From positions 1 to 46,505 of the IMG/VR virus record IMGVR_UViG_3300043447_000340: DNA of 46,505 nt; one strand, written 5' to 3'. The position numbers and the translations under genes were made by a program. The notes beneath the pieces were generated by a model, which saw only the letters and a list, made by a program, of their open reading frames with translations, searched no databases and was not told the origin of the DNA. Shown one piece after another: positions 45,011-46,505 of this stretch (position 1 is the first letter of the stretch; every line of letters starts with the position of its first letter). The stretch comes from a virus (taxonomy: Duplodnaviria > Caudoviricetes).

Positions 45011-45313
45011 ATGGCACTCAAAGTTCAAATGCGTCACCGACTAAATGGTTTGTATCGTGATGGTTTCGTAGGCTTCTCCTGGACCTACCTGTTTTTTGGA
45101 TTCTTCGTGCCGCTGTTTCGTGGTCACTATGTTCTCGCACTGTATCACTTCCTGATTTTCTTGTTTCTTAGCCCTATCCTGCTGATTGTACAACCTATCA
45201 TTGCTTTCCTGTTTAATCGCTGGTACACTCGCCGTCTGATTGAAGAAGGCTATTACTTCGACGATGAAGTAGAATTGGTCAAGTACGCTAAACAAAAAAT
45301 TGGTGTCGAATGA
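45011..45313 (+). CDS. HrgC/DUF2628-like membrane protein
   Basis: GFSWTYLFFGFFVPLFRG...FNRWY..RLIEEGY. Confidence 0.7.
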   Translation: MALKVQMRHRLNGLYRDGFVGFSWTYLFFGFFVPLFRGHYVLALYHFLIFLFLSPILLIVQPIIAFLFNRWYTRRLIEEGYYFDDEVELVKYAKQKIGVE

Positions 45314-45621
45314 GCGGATCTACTCAAGACCTAACTGCTATCATTTATGACAAGCGAGGTCGTGTTCTCTCGGTCGGCAAGAACAGCTATATCAAAACGC
45401 ATCCGCTACAAGCTCGTCATGCCAACAAGACAGGGCTACCTGATAAACTGTTCCTACACGCCGAGATCAGTGCTATTATTCGCTGTAGGGATTTGACTAA
45501 GGCCCATAAAATCTTAGTCACTCGTGTAGGTCGCAATGGTGACCTGCTCTTAGCTAAACCTTGTCCTGTATGCGCTAGTGCTATTAGCGAAGCAGGCATC
45601 AAAATTATTGAACACTCATGA
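45310..45621 (+). CDS. Zn-dependent cytidine/dCMP-deaminase-fold protein
   Basis: LHAEISAI and KPCPVC. Confidence 0.85.
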   Translation: MSGSTQDLTAIIYDKRGRVLSVGKNSYIKTHPLQARHANKTGLPDKLFLHAEISAIIRCRDLTKAHKILVTRVGRNGDLLLAKPCPVCASAISEAGIKIIEHS

Positions 45622-46415
45622 GTACTGTTTTTTCTAATGTTAAAGACTTTCTTAAAGACGTAGAGGTTATGTCAAGCACTGACCTCGAAGCAGACTTTGG
45701 CGCACAATCGCGGCCCTGGGCTACTAGAAAGCAACCCGTGTACAATCGCACCGACTTTGACTTACTCAAGACTAGTATTGCCTCGTATCGCTTGTACAAG
45801 GATGATACCTCACATCGCTTTCAAAGTTTTGAATTCTTACACAGATTCTTTGTTGAACATAACTCGTACACAGAGGAAGATGAGCGCCTTGTAGAAGTTA
45901 TCAGCAATCACTTCTTAAATCAGATTATGCTTACCGAACTTAAATACGGTAACATTAGCAAGTGGCAAACCGGCGTCCGTGAGTGGTTGTCTACCGACCG
46001 CACAATCTACGCAAACGAACAACAAGGTTTGATTTACAGACTGCCTGAGTACTACAACGATGACTTAGAGTTAGAGGCTATGTTCACTGGTGAGTTCTAC
46101 AATTACTCTATCAAAGCAGATAACAATACTAGTCTTGGTCTCGGTATTCGTAGTCTCCTACCTATCAAGCGAATGATTAAAAACACACGAGGTCATCAAT
46201 CAGTTCAGTACTGGCTAAAAGATACGACTACAGGCGCACCTATCCTACTAAAGCTACAACGAGACAATCAACTAGCGTATGTATGGGACGCTATCTTTGA
46301 GTGCGGCAAACAACTAAATATTACTGCCGCATATTACAAAAAACAACATCCTCGAGGCAACGATTATATCGAGGGCACTAAATGGAAGGTAAACTTAGAT
46401 GGGCTCATTAGCTGA
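45618..46415 (+). CDS. Hypothetical protein
   Basis: ATGA overlap; long ORF. Confidence 0.75.
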   Translation: MSTVFSNVKDFLKDVEVMSSTDLEADFGAQSRPWATRKQPVYNRTDFDLLKTSIASYRLYKDDTSHRFQSFEFLHRFFVEHNSYTEEDERLVEVISNHFLNQIMLTELKYGNISKWQTGVREWLSTDRTIYANEQQGLIYRLPEYYNDDLELEAMFTGEFYNYSIKADNNTSLGLGIRSLLPIKRMIKNTRGHQSVQYWLKDTTTGAPILLKLQRDNQLAYVWDAIFECGKQLNITAAYYKKQHPRGNDYIEGTKWKVNLDGLIS

Positions 46416-46505
46416 ATACTTCGCAAAAAACAGATACCAAGCTAAATATCAAATTGGTGATAGAGTTCAAGGATACTGGAACAAGATTCCTTTCCGAGGC
46501 ACAGT
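46399..46505 (+). CDS. 5' part of a hypothetical protein (truncated by window edge)
   Basis: MGSLAEYFAKNRYQAKYQIGDRVQGYWNKIPFRGT... open to the end. Confidence 0.6.
   Translation, partial: MGSLAEYFAKNRYQAKYQIGDRVQGYWNKIPFRGT

Noticed and set aside
1-46505. Stop-codon recoding, as seen in some jumbo phages
   Set aside because: Known genes are full length in code 11, and TAA, TGA and TAG all end ORFs at sensible gene boundaries.
1-46505. tRNA, tmRNA or rRNA genes
   Set aside because: No cloverleaf or T-loop signature seen in the short intergenic regions; a scan was not run.

Overview
The window looks like a segment of a large lytic T4-like (jumbo) dsDNA phage genome, read in the standard code and mostly on the + strand. 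The evidence is rIIA/rIIB, an ATP-dependent DNA ligase, dense short ORFs, about 16 sigma70-type early promoters (many copies of one cassette, TTGACAATAAAT..CCTGCTAYAATACTTGTAT), T4 late-type (G/T)ATAAATA motifs and intrinsic terminators. DnaK looks betaproteobacterial by eye, which hints at the host. Recognisable modules are: HNH and GIY-YIG endonucleases; a DUF2828/vWA protein; an NAD+ salvage locus (NadM-Nudix, macrodomain, NAMPT); envelope proteins (lipoproteins, SPFH, prepilin-like); a proteostasis cluster (ClpX, DnaK, Hsp20, ClpS, two ClpP); a helicase/Mrr-like nuclease/split methyltransferase cluster; and late minus-strand genes with capsid-targeting-like N-termini. The strongest novelty candidates are (1) a shared two-hairpin leader (G-AUAGA-C loop plus an RBS-sequestering stem) in front of both NAD salvage genes, (2) a Type ISP-like RM system split over four genes with two complementary half-methyltransferases, (3) an unannotated ArfA-like small ORF, (4) a ROSE-like thermometer on dnaK, (5) widespread apparent leaderless genes and (6) an 18-bp palindromic operator-like motif. 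All family calls come from motif recognition by eye; no database searches were run.
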